The notes below the pieces were generated by a model. The model was not told the origin of the DNA and made no database searches. It was given only the letters and a program-made list of their open reading frames with translations. From a virus, in IMG/VR virus record IMGVR_UViG_3300001681_000071, positions 1 through 64,000 of that record: a stretch of 64,000 nt of DNA. The stretch is one strand, 5' to 3'. Position numbers and translations under genes: made by a program. Below are positions 27,704 to 37,374 of the stretch, one piece after another (within the stretch, counting starts at the first letter, position 1; each line of letters opens with the position of its first letter).

Positions 27704-28787
27704 TTGAAGTCATCGGATATAAAAGCTGTTTCATAATCGTTCGTATTCTTTCTTTTTTTGCGAAAAGTAGTATTTCCTCTTTTCTTTTGTGCCATCTATA
27801 CTTCTTAGGGGAACTTGTTGCCATAGTGAGTTTAAGATCAATCGGATGCGGGGGCTCTATACCAATGTCCCTGCAAATCGTATGAATCATTCTTTGGGGA
27901 TGGGCTACAACTTCTTCAAACTTATAAGATAATGATATATTATATTTAAGTGCCATCGAATGTGCGTTTGCCCACTGGTTCAAACAAACCTCGATCAGCC
28001 TTTTGTTTTTGTCGTCATACCAGCCTGGGTAAAGGTCAAAACACCACCAATTATAATAATTGTAATTCTTAATATTAAGCCCTCCGACCTTGTAAGCAAA
28101 AAAGGCCCTTTTGTGCAACCATCCATCCATAAGTCCATTAACAGTAGCCGCAAAAGAACGTTTGAGATGTATATATTGAATCTCGCTAACGGGGAATAGT
28201 TCTTTAAATAAGCTTGGCCTATACACATTTTGCGGTGTTTTAAAGATGATGACCTTGCCACTTAAAGACAATGGATAAGAACATGCTGTTGGCATGACAA
28301 ATGGCGGTTCTTCCAGTATCACCTTGTGTTTTTGTGCTTCGCGGTCTTCCAATTTTCCATCGTACCAACTTTGGTCTACATCTTCAAATCTTGCCGTATC
28401 CTTGCCAGGCCATTGTAGTATCTTTCTTATGTGTATAGAATTTATAAGATGAGACTCTACACTAATATGCTTGTGACAAAGTTCTCCGCGCACAAGCGTT
28501 TTCAATTCTAATATATTATCAATTTTATCTAGTCTGTTCCCGCACAAGTAATCCTCATTCACAGCATTGCCAGTTAGCTTTAAATAAGGCTCTATCTCGC
28601 CTTGTAGGCTCACTACACTTGGGCTTCTGCTCAATACATCGAATAAACAACTACTCCCACTCCTTGAGGCCGTAAGAATTACAACTACTTTCTTTGGTTC
28701 GCCTATTGGGGAGTTGAGCAGTTTTCGGATATTGTTTTTTGCTGCCCCTATTTGATGATCATTCGGTTTCAACAATAGTTCTGGCAT
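27690..28787 (-). CDS. PAPS-dependent sulfotransferase family protein
   Basis: 5'-PSB loop ILTASRSGSSCL..VL..SP, KTP, IHLKR, FEEVVAHP...I..IC..IG. Confidence 0.8.
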   Translation of the reverse strand: MPELLLKPNDHQIGAAKNNIRKLLNSPIGEPKKVVVILTASRSGSSCLFDVLSRSPSVVSLQGEIEPYLKLTGNAVNEDYLCGNRLDKIDNILELKTLVRGELCHKHISVESHLINSIHIRKILQWPGKDTARFEDVDQSWYDGKLEDREAQKHKVILEEPPFVMPTACSYPLSLSGKVIIFKTPQNVYRPSLFKELFPVSEIQYIHLKRSFAATVNGLMDGWLHKRAFFAYKVGGLNIKNYNYYNWWCFDLYPGWYDDKNKRLIEVCLNQWANAHSMALKYNISLSYKFEEVVAHPQRMIHTICRDIGIEPPHPIDLKLTMATSSPKKYRWHKRKEEILLFAKKERIRTIMKQLLYPMTSNDWT

Positions 28788-29313
28788 TTGTATTGATCCA
28801 ATCTATTACTATCTCTGAAAGGGCTTTGGGGCTTTGCTTGCCATCTAAAATCAAACGGTCTCTATTCTTAAACATGTTAAAAAAGTTCTTTGCCTTTGTC
28901 TCCCTTCCCTTTAACCAATTTGCATTTTGATTGGACCCACGTTCTTTCCTACGTTCCACAAGAACATCATTTGGCAAATCTATCAATATACAAAAGCACC
29001 CGTCAGCGAATTCATTAACATATTCAAGACAGTATTTTGTAGAGAACCTATCGCCATCAAATATGGTGACAGAGTATTTTTCATTAGCCAGAAGAAAGCT
29101 ACTCCAATACTGCAAAGACTCTTTGAAGGCATTGTATGGAACGGTATCGCCACCATCGAACGTCTTCCCCAAGTAATGACCAGACAGTATGATGTTGTTT
29201 GTAAGGGTCCACTTTGGCTTAACTACAAACTCTGTATCGAATGGGTCAATATAGTTTCTTAGCATGGTTGTTTTTCCACAACCAGGAGAACCAACAACCC
29301 AAACTCCTATCAC
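28759..29313 (-). CDS. P-loop nucleotide kinase of base-hypermodification clusters (5-hydroxymethylpyrimidine DNA kinase-like)
   Basis: GSPGCGKTT, G.Y..KTFDGGD, DGDRF, RRKERGSNQ..NWLKGRETK. Confidence 0.78.
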   Translation of the reverse strand: MIGVWVVGSPGCGKTTMLRNYIDPFDTEFVVKPKWTLTNNIILSGHYLGKTFDGGDTVPYNAFKESLQYWSSFLLANEKYSVTIFDGDRFSTKYCLEYVNEFADGCFCILIDLPNDVLVERRKERGSNQNANWLKGRETKAKNFFNMFKNRDRLILDGKQSPKALSEIVIDWINTNARTIVETE

Positions 29314-30230
29314 AATGACTCCAGCTTTCTGGTGTTGTATTTCTTGGCCCTTTTAAGCTCCTCTTCTGGGGATAAGCAGCCAAGGATACGGTTTCTAAGA
29401 TACATAACTACGCTAACTCGATACCAATCCTTATTCTTTTTTCCTTCGGCTTTTGGAGGAATATTGCCGTGCCATACAGCAGGGTTAAAAAGTATAAAAT
29501 CGCCATGCCGCATATTTACAGCCAAGCTAAATTCTGGAAGGACCAATTCAAATCCAGAATAATCTCCGTGTCTCATGGCAAACATGCAACCAAAACCTTC
29601 TTTAAGGTCGCCACTGTCTTGATGATAAGCAGCACACACCGTATTATTGACGGAGATTGTTGAAAATGGTGTGCCAGGTACTACCCAAGCTGGATGAGCT
29701 TTGTTTGCAAATTCTGTTTGTATCTCATGGAAGTTTGGCAGCAAAGACTTATAGATCCGCGAACACTTCCGCAAGTGTTTGGCAATTTTTGCCCATTCCT
29801 CTGGGTGGTCGCGTGTATACGTTGTTGCTCTACAATATGGGAAGCGACCTCCAACGCTCTCATAAAATCCACCTATAGAGCTGTAGACGGAGACCATTCT
29901 GCCATTTTCATCTAATGATCTCTCTGATTTAGATAATGTGCCATCCTTTTTGATTACCCGACTTTGCTTGTATCCGGCATATGCCGCCCTTGCATCTGAT
30001 GGGTATCTCATAAATTCCCTATATGGCTTTCTCACTTCTTCCAGTTCTTCGTCAGTGAAACATCCACGCCTCATAAGTATAATGGGTATACCATTGCTGC
30101 TATATACATCACAATTGCCGTCTATTATTAGACCATAATGGTTAGGTCTTGGATGGGTAGATTTCCAAGGCTCTATCTTTTCAGCCGATACTTTCGACCT
30201 TACCACTATCTTCATTGTTTTCATTATCAT
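29310..30230 (-). CDS. TET/JBP-family 2OG-Fe(II) dioxygenase
   Basis: PFSTISVN, HQD (HxD), GDL..GFG, WHGN (distal His), RVSVVMYLR (2OG-binding Arg); phage-type YCRAT region. Confidence 0.88.
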   Translation of the reverse strand: MIMKTMKIVVRSKVSAEKIEPWKSTHPRPNHYGLIIDGNCDVYSSNGIPIILMRRGCFTDEELEEVRKPYREFMRYPSDARAAYAGYKQSRVIKKDGTLSKSERSLDENGRMVSVYSSIGGFYESVGGRFPYCRATTYTRDHPEEWAKIAKHLRKCSRIYKSLLPNFHEIQTEFANKAHPAWVVPGTPFSTISVNNTVCAAYHQDSGDLKEGFGCMFAMRHGDYSGFELVLPEFSLAVNMRHGDFILFNPAVWHGNIPPKAEGKKNKDWYRVSVVMYLRNRILGCLSPEEELKRAKKYNTRKLESL

Positions 30231-30963
30231 CACCACCAAGACGCTTGTACTCTGCCATTACCGCTTCATAAACTGTATCTGGCATATTATCCGTGTCATA
30301 TGCGTATGATAACGACTTACAAGCCATCTTGAATTTTTGGCACTTCTCGTTTTCAAATATAAGCTGAATCATTCTGGAAGTAGAAATAGTTGGATTATCT
30401 ATCGTGATTACATCTTCGGCAATTGCGTCTTCATCTCCAGAATCCCAGACATTAGTAACGGTAGAATTTTCTGTTCTTCCACCAGCACCAGCATTGGCAT
30501 CATTGCCACTATACTTTTCATCGGGAGGAGCAAAGAAGTCTAAGGAGTCGTCTATTCCCCCAAAGGAATTGATCAAATCATCCATTTCACTACCAGTGAA
30601 GCCAAGCATCGTTGGATCAAAATCTGCAAGTTTGGCTAACTCTTCTAAGTGGTGTGCAAGCATAGCCTCATCCCATCCGGACAGTTCTCCAGAACGATTG
30701 AGCCTAATAGATAATTTTCTTGCTACCTCATCGGATACGTCCAAATAAACTATATTTGTTGTTTCGTATCCGAGTTCCTTTAAAACCTTTAGCCTTGCAT
30801 TCCCAGCAATAACCATTTGGGTTGTTTTCTGAACAATTAACGGCTCTACCTGCCCATGATCTTCAATGCTATCTCGTATAGCTGCATAGTTTTGTTCATT
30901 GTGTTTTCTTGGGTTTTGCGGATCATAGACAAGTAAATCAACTTCAACTTCGGCATATTCCAT
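30181..30963 (-). CDS. ParB/Srx N-terminal domain protein
   Basis: PQNPRKH...IRDSIEDHGQVEPLIV...IAGNARL...LNR..ELSGWD. Confidence 0.85.
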   Translation of the reverse strand: MEYAEVEVDLLVYDPQNPRKHNEQNYAAIRDSIEDHGQVEPLIVQKTTQMVIAGNARLKVLKELGYETTNIVYLDVSDEVARKLSIRLNRSGELSGWDEAMLAHHLEELAKLADFDPTMLGFTGSEMDDLINSFGGIDDSLDFFAPPDEKYSGNDANAGAGGRTENSTVTNVWDSGDEDAIAEDVITIDNPTISTSRMIQLIFENEKCQKFKMACKSLSYAYDTDNMPDTVYEAVMAEYKRLGGDDNENNEDSGKVESIG

Positions 30964-30972
30964 CTTTAAACC

Positions 30973-31239
30973 TCACAAGTTTCTAATTATCATATATGCT
31001 AATTCCGAGATCAACACGAATAGAAATACAAGTATTATCCTGGGATAGAACAAATAATCAGAATTTTCTTCTTCGGGAGGTGGAGACATAATCAATAAAA
31101 GGTAAGGGGTATCATTATCGGAAACAGGGACAGATGAAATTATCATCCATTTCTTTTCTAATAAAGACAAAAGCTGTGGTTGGTTTATAGACTGTTCCAA
31201 ATTCAACAGGTCTATCCTAATTATAGCGTTGGTAGCCAA
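30973..31239 (-). CDS. small membrane protein
   Basis: C-terminal hydrophobic helix; SD GGAGG before TTG. Confidence 0.6.
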   Translation of the reverse strand: MATNAIIRIDLLNLEQSINQPQLLSLLEKKWMIISSVPVSDNDTPYLLLIMSPPPEEENSDYLFYPRIILVFLFVLISELAYMIIRNL

Positions 31240-31286
31240 TAGTGACCTCCATGACTTACTGAATTAGTATAACTACTTATTATTTT

Positions 31287-31532
31287 TTATCCACTTTTTG
31301 GGTATACAGCCGTACAATCCTTCCCAATACAAAACATTCGATGCTGTCCTTCTGCATCTAATACTATCCATCTCTCTGTATGTATACTATGTCGCATAGT
31401 CTCATCAATGCACAGTTTCATAGCATCATCAAGCGATGATGAAGGAACCACAGTGTATAAAGATCCTTTCTTGATTGTAAGATACTTCCCTTTGTTGTTG
31501 AACAAACAGTCTTTTATGATTTCATACTTCAT
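31287..31532 (-). CDS. hypothetical protein
   Basis: 81-aa ORF in the operon. Confidence 0.65.
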   Translation of the reverse strand: MKYEIIKDCLFNNKGKYLTIKKGSLYTVVPSSSLDDAMKLCIDETMRHSIHTERWIVLDAEGQHRMFCIGKDCTAVYPKSG

Positions 31533-31540
31533 GTGCCACC

Positions 31541-33457
31541 CTACTTTGGTATAACGACCCTTGCGTTTCTCTTACCGGCTGGCGTTAAATTCCAACTATC
31601 AGCATAGATACAGGCCAATGGATCAAAAGCCATTACACAGTGAGAGCCAGCCTTTCCAAACTCACTTCTAACTTTATCAAGGTATACAACTGTTGATGGT
31701 TTAGAGTCTTCGCTTTTTATAGGCAGTCGCTGAACAACAATCCCAACGTGAGCATCTTGTCTAATCGCACTTGCTCCCTTTAGGTCAGTTATCTTCACCC
31801 TGCGTTGCTGACTAACGGACAGATTATTAGGATGGCAAACGAGAACAATCGTTATATTGTCATTGATAGCAATAGTAGCCAATCGTCTGACTGTACTTTC
31901 TATAGCTAACCTCTCATCCATATTGCTTTCTGGTTTCGTTAAGAACCCAAGGTGATCTATTAAAGCTATCTTTAGATCGTGTCTGCGAACAGAATATCGG
32001 ATAGTTGAAATTACCTTCTCAACATCGAGTTCTCCATAGTGGTCTAAAATCATAATGGGCAACTTGCCAAGTTCTTCACACGCAATACGCCTTTGTGCCT
32101 CGGAATGTCTTGTGAAGTCATTGCCTAATTGATGGCGCAATAATTTCTGCACTGTTCCTATTGGCCTTTGTTCAAACGATGTAAGCAGAACCGGAACACC
32201 ACGTAATGCCTGTTCCCACATCAACCATGTAGCCCATGTGGTTTTACCGTGTCCAGTATCCCCCGTAACCACCCATAAGCCGGGTCTGATACCTCCAAAT
32301 ATGGCATCCAACTTTTGACTTCCCATAGGCAAACCAGCAAGACTCTGTGGATTTTTTATGAGTTCTTCTATGTCATCGCTATAGCTATCAACATTGCGAA
32401 GTGTTGCCTCAAAGTAATCCTCATAGTTCGATAATATGTCTCCTATTGTGGATGCTTTTGCCTTTTGTTGTAATGCTTCGCCAGGGTCATTATACTGCTT
32501 ACTTCTTATGCGGAAACAACGAAATTTCCCAAGTTTAGAGGCCAATTTCTCAGACCCTTCATCACCTGCTTTATCGTTGTCATACCAGAGATAGAACCCC
32601 TGATAAGGCTCCATAGAATCGAGCCATTGGGTACACCAGTTTGCGCTCGCTCCAGTTGTGCCAGAAACCACTGTAGAACCGTATCCATACGTCCTAAGAG
32701 CCAATACATCAAGTTCTCCTTCTGTCACTATTACAAACTTACTTTTATCTTCCGATAACTGATCGAAGCCGTATAAAGGCATTGGCCTTGAAGGACAGAC
32801 TCTATAGGTTTTCATATCTGGAGGTACAGACCTAAACCTCATGTTAACTATCTTCCCAAATCGGTCCTTCAACGGTATAACGAGCCAATTCTTTCCCCTT
32901 GACTTCATATATCCTAAATTAGCATCACGAATAACGCTTTCACTTATACGCCTAGTCTCTATTAGATAGTCAAGTACAGGTTTTCCTTCATTGCTAAATA
33001 AGTTACCAGCATAAATATCTGGCAATTTTTCATCCCAGCGAAAGATGCTTGAACCTGACGGGTCGGGTGGAGATGTAAACTCTTTTCTTACCGTATTATC
33101 AAGCAAACCGTCTATCGTTACAATCTTCTCTTTTGCCTTTTCTAAAGAAAATCCATTCTCTAGCGCCCAATTTAGTACCTTTTTCTTCTGACCTGGCCCA
33201 GAAGACCTGTATAGGTTTCCAACAACCTTACACGACACTAAGTCCGTCATGCTTCCGTGTGATTTACAAACATGACAACACCAGCCACTACCATTGGACG
33301 TTACTCCAATTGGGAATCTGCCATCCTCACTTCCTCTTTTCATTGCACGACATTTTGGGCATGGACCCCAACTTCCGGCCTTTCCTGATTTTAGGCCAAT
33401 TTTAGGCCCAATCTTAACTATACCAGCCTTGTTCATAATCTCAAACGCAGTCATCAT
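31541..33457 (-). CDS. DNA primase-helicase (T7 gp4/Twinkle-like)
   Basis: Zn finger CPKC...CHVC; TOPRIM EGELD and DNDKAG; SF4 helicase GDTGHGKTT, IDHL, DLKGASAIRQDA. Confidence 0.93.
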   Translation of the reverse strand: MMTAFEIMNKAGIVKIGPKIGLKSGKAGSWGPCPKCRAMKRGSEDGRFPIGVTSNGSGWCCHVCKSHGSMTDLVSCKVVGNLYRSSGPGQKKKVLNWALENGFSLEKAKEKIVTIDGLLDNTVRKEFTSPPDPSGSSIFRWDEKLPDIYAGNLFSNEGKPVLDYLIETRRISESVIRDANLGYMKSRGKNWLVIPLKDRFGKIVNMRFRSVPPDMKTYRVCPSRPMPLYGFDQLSEDKSKFVIVTEGELDVLALRTYGYGSTVVSGTTGASANWCTQWLDSMEPYQGFYLWYDNDKAGDEGSEKLASKLGKFRCFRIRSKQYNDPGEALQQKAKASTIGDILSNYEDYFEATLRNVDSYSDDIEELIKNPQSLAGLPMGSQKLDAIFGGIRPGLWVVTGDTGHGKTTWATWLMWEQALRGVPVLLTSFEQRPIGTVQKLLRHQLGNDFTRHSEAQRRIACEELGKLPIMILDHYGELDVEKVISTIRYSVRRHDLKIALIDHLGFLTKPESNMDERLAIESTVRRLATIAINDNITIVLVCHPNNLSVSQQRRVKITDLKGASAIRQDAHVGIVVQRLPIKSEDSKPSTVVYLDKVRSEFGKAGSHCVMAFDPLACIYADSWNLTPAGKRNARVVIPK

Positions 33458-33815
33458 TAGCCTCAACAATCATATAAGGTATATATACTTCGCTTATTTC
33501 CGAAGCCTTATTATGTTTCTGCCAATTCACTGCTCTGTCATATTTGTCATCGAACTTCCGTTCTCTAAACAAATTGTCTAACGTTGTATACGACACCCCA
33601 GAAGAACCACGCATAAATTGTGAGTAGTTGTCTTCTGACTCAGAGATATACTTTATAACTAATAGAACCCTATCCTTTCCGAACTTCTTTACAGCACGAA
33701 GTATCTTTTGTTCTATTTTTGCGGTCATTCTCAATGATGGGTCATACCCACATTTTTTTCTTAATGACTTCCATTGATTGAAAATTTCTCTAACTTGCCT
33801 CGTTAAGTTCTCCAC
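33441..33815 (-). CDS. replication-associated hypothetical protein
   Basis: Helical domain ending TLDNLFR..KFD.Y, directly upstream of the primase-helicase. Confidence 0.6.
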   Translation of the reverse strand: MENLTRQVREIFNQWKSLRKKCGYDPSLRMTAKIEQKILRAVKKFGKDRVLLVIKYISESEDNYSQFMRGSSGVSYTTLDNLFRERKFDDKYDRAVNWQKHNKASEISEVYIPYMIVEANDDCV

Positions 33816-34434
33816 TTAGTAACTCCGGTTCTGGTTTATATGGTTGTTGTTCGTCTGTTTCTTCTCTTTTAGACCACAAAGCAACGCCAGCAGCGTCAGA
33901 GATATGGTCCTGTCTTCCTTGTTGGTATAGGGCTATGCCAAGATGCGGCAATAGTTTAGGCATTATTTCAAGAGATAATCTTTTAGCCTCTTCCCGTTTT
34001 ATTCTTCTATTGACTCCAAGAACATCTTTTCTCCAAGTCATTACAGGAACAAATCTTACATCAACATCATGGTAAAGTTCTATTCCTCCAAGCAAAGCAC
34101 CTGTGAATCTAGCCAAGTGAAGAGCAGTTCTTCCTGATCCGGCACGGATATATATATCTTCACAAGCGAGTTTGAATGGAGTTTTTTCTAGCTCTGGCAA
34201 GTGTGCAATTACAGACCCTATTTTTGAAGGGCGATCTACTATAATCAATTGTTCTGTTCGCTTTATCATTCTTACGATTGACACTTTCCAAACACGTTTC
34301 TTTTTTCTTACTCTCTTATTCCACAGAACGGATATAGCGGCAGTGCCGTTGATTAGCACCACCGCTGATCCGTTATTAGCGGGGTCTATGCCTATATAAA
34401 TTTCATTAGAATGGCAATTCTTCCCAAGACTCAT
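33790..34434 (-). CDS. RuvC-like Holliday junction resolvase
   Basis: YIGIDP, ACED, W.K..LG...K, DHISDA. Confidence 0.75.
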   Translation of the reverse strand: MSLGKNCHSNEIYIGIDPANNGSAVVLINGTAAISVLWNKRVRKKKRVWKVSIVRMIKRTEQLIIVDRPSKIGSVIAHLPELEKTPFKLACEDIYIRAGSGRTALHLARFTGALLGGIELYHDVDVRFVPVMTWRKDVLGVNRRIKREEAKRLSLEIMPKLLPHLGIALYQQGRQDHISDAAGVALWSKREETDEQQPYKPEPELLSGELNEAS

Positions 34435-35011
34435 TTGTTTCTTCCCCACCGATATTTTTATCATCGTGTGGTTGGACTTGCTCATCAAATGAATTTAAGA
34501 ACTTGATTTTGTGATAAATATCGCCATATTCAATTCTTTTATCAATCATCTTCTGGATGCTAACTACAGCCTTAGCTATCACTTCCTTTTGTTGGTCTGT
34601 GACTTTTGATGACCGTGCAACATTGTAATATTTAATGTTCAGATATGTTTTTTCGTTGTAAGTTCTTTCGGCAAATGTGCCTTTGAAAACCTTTCCTTCG
34701 CGAACGATAGAAATAATATCTTCCATCCTCTCTGGATCAAACGGTATCTCACATCCCATTGCAGCCGCAAACTTTCCAATTTTCCAGGTAGCATTTTCAG
34801 TAAGGTAGAATTTATCAGAATGGATTATACCCACATCGTTACTGTCCTCTAAATCCTCAACGACAACATAAGTTATCTCCAACACGTTCTTCTCAAAGGA
34901 CTCCTTAAACCCAATCGCTATTGGGGATAGGATTTTACGCCCTTCGTGTATAATTCGTTTGATTTGCTCATTATCGCCATCTGTTTTCCAATCATTCGGA
35001 TTGACTTTCAT
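34406..35011 (-). CDS. putative ssDNA-binding protein (DUF669-like)
   Basis: Follows the Sak4-like ATPase; acidic tail ending WEELPF. Confidence 0.65.
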   Translation of the reverse strand: MKVNPNDWKTDGDNEQIKRIIHEGRKILSPIAIGFKESFEKNVLEITYVVVEDLEDSNDVGIIHSDKFYLTENATWKIGKFAAAMGCEIPFDPERMEDIISIVREGKVFKGTFAERTYNEKTYLNIKYYNVARSSKVTDQQKEVIAKAVVSIQKMIDKRIEYGDIYHKIKFLNSFDEQVQPHDDKNIGGEETNESWEELPF

Positions 35012-35831
35012 TTTCTTTCTCCACGGTTTCGGTTTCTATATTTATACTGGTTATTACTCTATCTATTATCTCTTCCATGTTGGGATTGGTTATTACTGAC
35101 TCCAATCCGAAACAAGGCTTACACATATAATTCTCAGGCCCATCGAACATTAACTTTCTAATTGCTACGTCTTCTGGGTTCTTAGCTCTTGTTCTATATA
35201 GGAATCCAACAGCCGAGAAGAATTGCATAACTTCGTTGCCTGTTTTCTTTCCTTCAAACATTGGTCCGACATATCTAACATCATCACCACCAGTGGTAAC
35301 TTCAGATAGGCACGTACAGACAACATGGGCTGGAACATCACGTATCCATCGAATTAGTCTTCTCATTCTGTCAGCTAATCTGCCCCAATCTTGAATTCTA
35401 AACTCAGGATTGTCTTCGCCTTTGGCTTCAAGAATTTCAGTTTTAATTAAACGCTGTACCTCAGTTAAAGAATCAATGACCAAAGTATCGAACATATGCT
35501 CTATTCCATCAGAATCTTTTAGACTTCCAGATTGAACTTGCATAAGAATATTGCGTAGATCATTCGCTGTAGTGCAAGTGATTATTAAAGCGTCCTTATT
35601 TGAATGAACAGCACTAACAGCACCGTTCGCCTCAGTTAAGATTATTAAAGGGTTTTTAGAACCCGCAGCAAGAAATGTCTTACCTGATCCAGAATCGCCT
35701 ATTACAAGTATCTTTGCTTTGGCTTGCTTATCTCGGAAAGCATTAGCAGCCTTAACTACGATGATAGGTTTTGTTTCTGGCTTATGGTTTGAATCGTCCT
35801 TTGGTCGTTTCTTGTTATTTTTTGGTGGCAT
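34992..35831 (-). CDS. Sak4-like (AAA_24) ATPase / annealase
   Basis: KILVIGDSGSGKT, TLVIDSLTE, QDWG. Confidence 0.85.
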   Translation of the reverse strand: MPPKNNKKRPKDDSNHKPETKPIIVVKAANAFRDKQAKAKILVIGDSGSGKTFLAAGSKNPLIILTEANGAVSAVHSNKDALIITCTTANDLRNILMQVQSGSLKDSDGIEHMFDTLVIDSLTEVQRLIKTEILEAKGEDNPEFRIQDWGRLADRMRRLIRWIRDVPAHVVCTCLSEVTTGGDDVRYVGPMFEGKKTGNEVMQFFSAVGFLYRTRAKNPEDVAIRKLMFDGPENYMCKPCFGLESVITNPNMEEIIDRVITSINIETETVEKENESQSE

Positions 35832-35846
35832 AATGCTCCATTGGTT

Positions 35847-37094
35847 TTATGTTTGGTTGTTGATAACCCACCTCATAGTGGGAAGCTGTGGATACTGTAT
35901 GACCTCTAAAGGAGTGTTAGCAATGCAATTAGCACCGAATTGGCACTTTCCCCATCTGTCACACAATGGATGACGTAAAGAAGCAAAATCAAACTGTCTT
36001 TTTGAATGTGGATTTATCCTGACTAGTTCATTCCGCTTTTCTGATAGCTTTTTTGCTACCGCGTAGTCTTCAACTGTAGTTCTTTCTATGTCTTCTTCCG
36101 TTATCCATCCGTATTCTATTCCAAAGTAATCGCTGTCCTTCTGTTCTTTACATTCACGGTAGTGTTCTTCATAGTCAGAAAAATCAAGATCATTTTCTAT
36201 TACCGCTTTCTTGAATTGCCAAGAAGGACCAAGCCTTGCTGTACTAAGCTTTCCAGACTTTAGCGGTTTTGGTGGGTTCGGTATTTTTGAACTACATATA
36301 TCCCACAAGTATCCAGCAACCCGCTCGCATTTTAAAGAGCTAAAACAACCATGCTCCAGTTCATACTGTAATAAGCGACAATATGATGGAAGTTGTAAAT
36401 CGTAAGAGAGCTTGTTCCTGTATGTCGAAAGAGAAGAGGTTGTTTTGTGGTCAATTATCCATAAATAGCCGTTGTCATTATCCATAAGAATAGCGTCAGC
36501 TTTCCCTATTTTATACCACGGCATTTGCATCTCAAAAGAATCGTGAATTTCCCCTACTTTTGCCAACCTATATTGTTTTACACCCTTGATTTCTTCTTCT
36601 ATAAATCTCTCGTTGCTTACAAAATGGTCGCCTTGTAAATCAAAAACAGGTGCAATTAATTCTTGTTCGATGGCTATAAGTGTATATTTACCAGATATAT
36701 GCTTGTTCCAACTTGCAACCCAACCCTCGGTGGAGTTTGCCATTCGTTGTTGAATCTCTTGGTGGAAATCTTCGTATTCATAGTCATTCAAATCATACTT
36801 ACTGAGTTCGTCAGAGATGAATTTCATATGAACACCACAGTCCATCTCTTTTTTTACCCTGTCAAACTGTAAATTTGAACCAAATCTAAAGAGTAGATAT
36901 TCAAGCCAGGAGTGCCAAATTATTCCATAAGCCCGTGGTTTGGACATACCTTTAGTATTGAATTCTTGAACGTATTTATATGTCCATAGTCGGTTACACC
37001 CAAACACGGACCTTTCCGTCTGACTAAAGACCATAGCTTGGCCCAATTGTGAGACTCGTTCACTTTTTTCGTACCGATTTACTATTAATTTCAA
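35847..37094 (-). CDS. PD-(D/E)XK RecB/Cas4-like exonuclease
   Basis: GKADAIL, IIDHKT, QLPSY; N-terminal Cys and C-terminal C..C...C. Confidence 0.82.
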   Translation of the reverse strand: MKLIVNRYEKSERVSQLGQAMVFSQTERSVFGCNRLWTYKYVQEFNTKGMSKPRAYGIIWHSWLEYLLFRFGSNLQFDRVKKEMDCGVHMKFISDELSKYDLNDYEYEDFHQEIQQRMANSTEGWVASWNKHISGKYTLIAIEQELIAPVFDLQGDHFVSNERFIEEEIKGVKQYRLAKVGEIHDSFEMQMPWYKIGKADAILMDNDNGYLWIIDHKTTSSLSTYRNKLSYDLQLPSYCRLLQYELEHGCFSSLKCERVAGYLWDICSSKIPNPPKPLKSGKLSTARLGPSWQFKKAVIENDLDFSDYEEHYRECKEQKDSDYFGIEYGWITEEDIERTTVEDYAVAKKLSEKRNELVRINPHSKRQFDFASLRHPLCDRWGKCQFGANCIANTPLEVIQYPQLPTMRWVINNQT

Positions 37095-37374
37095 TTGGTT
37101 CTCAAGTTATAGAATAATTTTATTACTCAAATCAGGATATTTATTATACAAATAAGATAACAACATTTCGAGGAAATAGCCACACAAACATCATTAATTT
37201 AATTAATTAATTATAACTCTATAACTGAAGAAGGGAGGGGAACCAATCCCTCCCTTCAGGGGTAAAGTAAAAACTTTACACAACCATAAAACCAGTATTA
37301 TAAGCCAAGCGGCACAATCCTAGGAAGTTGAACGTCTTGGCTGTATTTGGATAGTATCATAATTATTATCAAAA

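Noticed and set aside
35847-37094. Cas4 as part of a CRISPR system
   Set aside because: It sits in a Sak4/SSB recombination module, a typical stand-alone phage exonuclease context
37226-37259. Hairpin AAGGGAGGG/CCCTCCCTT upstream of the recombination operon as a terminator
   Set aside because: No U-tract on the relevant strand; function cannot be assigned
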